NCBI RefSeq assembly: GCF_902713615.1
Contig: NC_052159.1
Span: 80,328,520 to 80,392,519 of the forward strand
DNA: 64,000 bases
Reading direction: 5' to 3'
From: Scyliorhinus canicula
Lineage: Eukaryota
Shown here piece by piece: positions 63,608-64,000 of this stretch (its first letter is position 1; the number at the start of each line of letters is the position of its first letter). Below the pieces are notes generated by a model. The model searched no databases. It saw nothing but the letters and a program-made list of their open reading frames with translations, and was not told the DNA's origin. A program made the translations under genes and the position numbers.

Positions 63608-63833
63608 GGGTGGCACGGTGGCGCAGTGGATTAGCCCTGATGCCTCATGGCGCCGAGGTCCCAGGTTCGATCCCGGCTCTGGTCACTGTCCGTGTGGAGT
63701 TTGCACATTCTCCCCGTGTTTGCGTGGGTTTCGCCCCCACAACCCAAAAGATGTGCTGGCTAGGTGGATTGGCCATGTTATATTCTCCCTTAATTGGAAA
63801 AAAATTAATTGGGTACTCTAAATTTTAAAAAAA
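63608..63833 (+). mobile_element. Short V-SINE with a 15-bp TSD
   Basis: AATGATATGCTACTG occurs at 63593-63607 and 63834-63848; poly-A tail. Confidence 0.92.
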
Positions 63834-64000
63834 AATGATATGCTACTGTACATTTTGTGTGGCCATGCCGGCGCGCAGTGTGGAGCACATTTACACCACT
63901 ATCAAGGCATCGGAGCACGCCAACCTCACTTTTCAACTGCCGCCATATTCTCCGCCCCATCGCGATTCACGATTCCGGCGTTGGCCAACGGAGAATCCCA

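Larger units (their letters stand above)
57765..64000 (-). mobile_element. Second decayed autonomous PIF/Harbinger transposon (opposite orientation; right TIR cut by the window edge)
   Basis: Left TIR GGCATGGATTCTCT; the window ends in GGAGAATCCCA. Both subterminal regions are homologous to those of 44397-52696. Confidence 0.92.

Overview
This is repeat-rich vertebrate nuclear DNA, not prokaryotic. It most likely comes from a cartilaginous fish, judged from HE1-type V-SINEs with CR1-like tails, and reads as intron or intergenic sequence. Most of the window is nested transposable elements. (i) PIF/Harbinger DNA transposons: two near-complete decayed elements (44397-52696 with an ATA target-site duplication (TSD); 57765 to the window end), each with a HARBI1-type DDE transposase convergent with a three-exon Myb/SANT-like gene, plus three further remnants and many non-autonomous elements with GG..GATTCTCC-type terminal inverted repeats (TIRs) and 3-bp TSDs. 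(ii) Four Gypsy/Ty3 LTR retrotransposons and four solo LTRs, most with 5-bp TSDs. (iii) A young 5'-truncated CR1 LINE with an intact 1002-codon endonuclease-RT frame, plus older CR1, RTE and L1 fragments. (iv) tRNA-derived SINEs with three different tails, and a 5S rRNA-derived fragment. Unique AT-rich stretches and two candidate exons (37224-37298 and from 42807) may belong to an unidentified host gene. I cannot demonstrate a wholly new biological system. The best lead is the Harbinger partner gene, whose long third exon encodes heptad repeats and a conserved basic tail. All alignments were done by eye and boundaries without a TSD are approximate.
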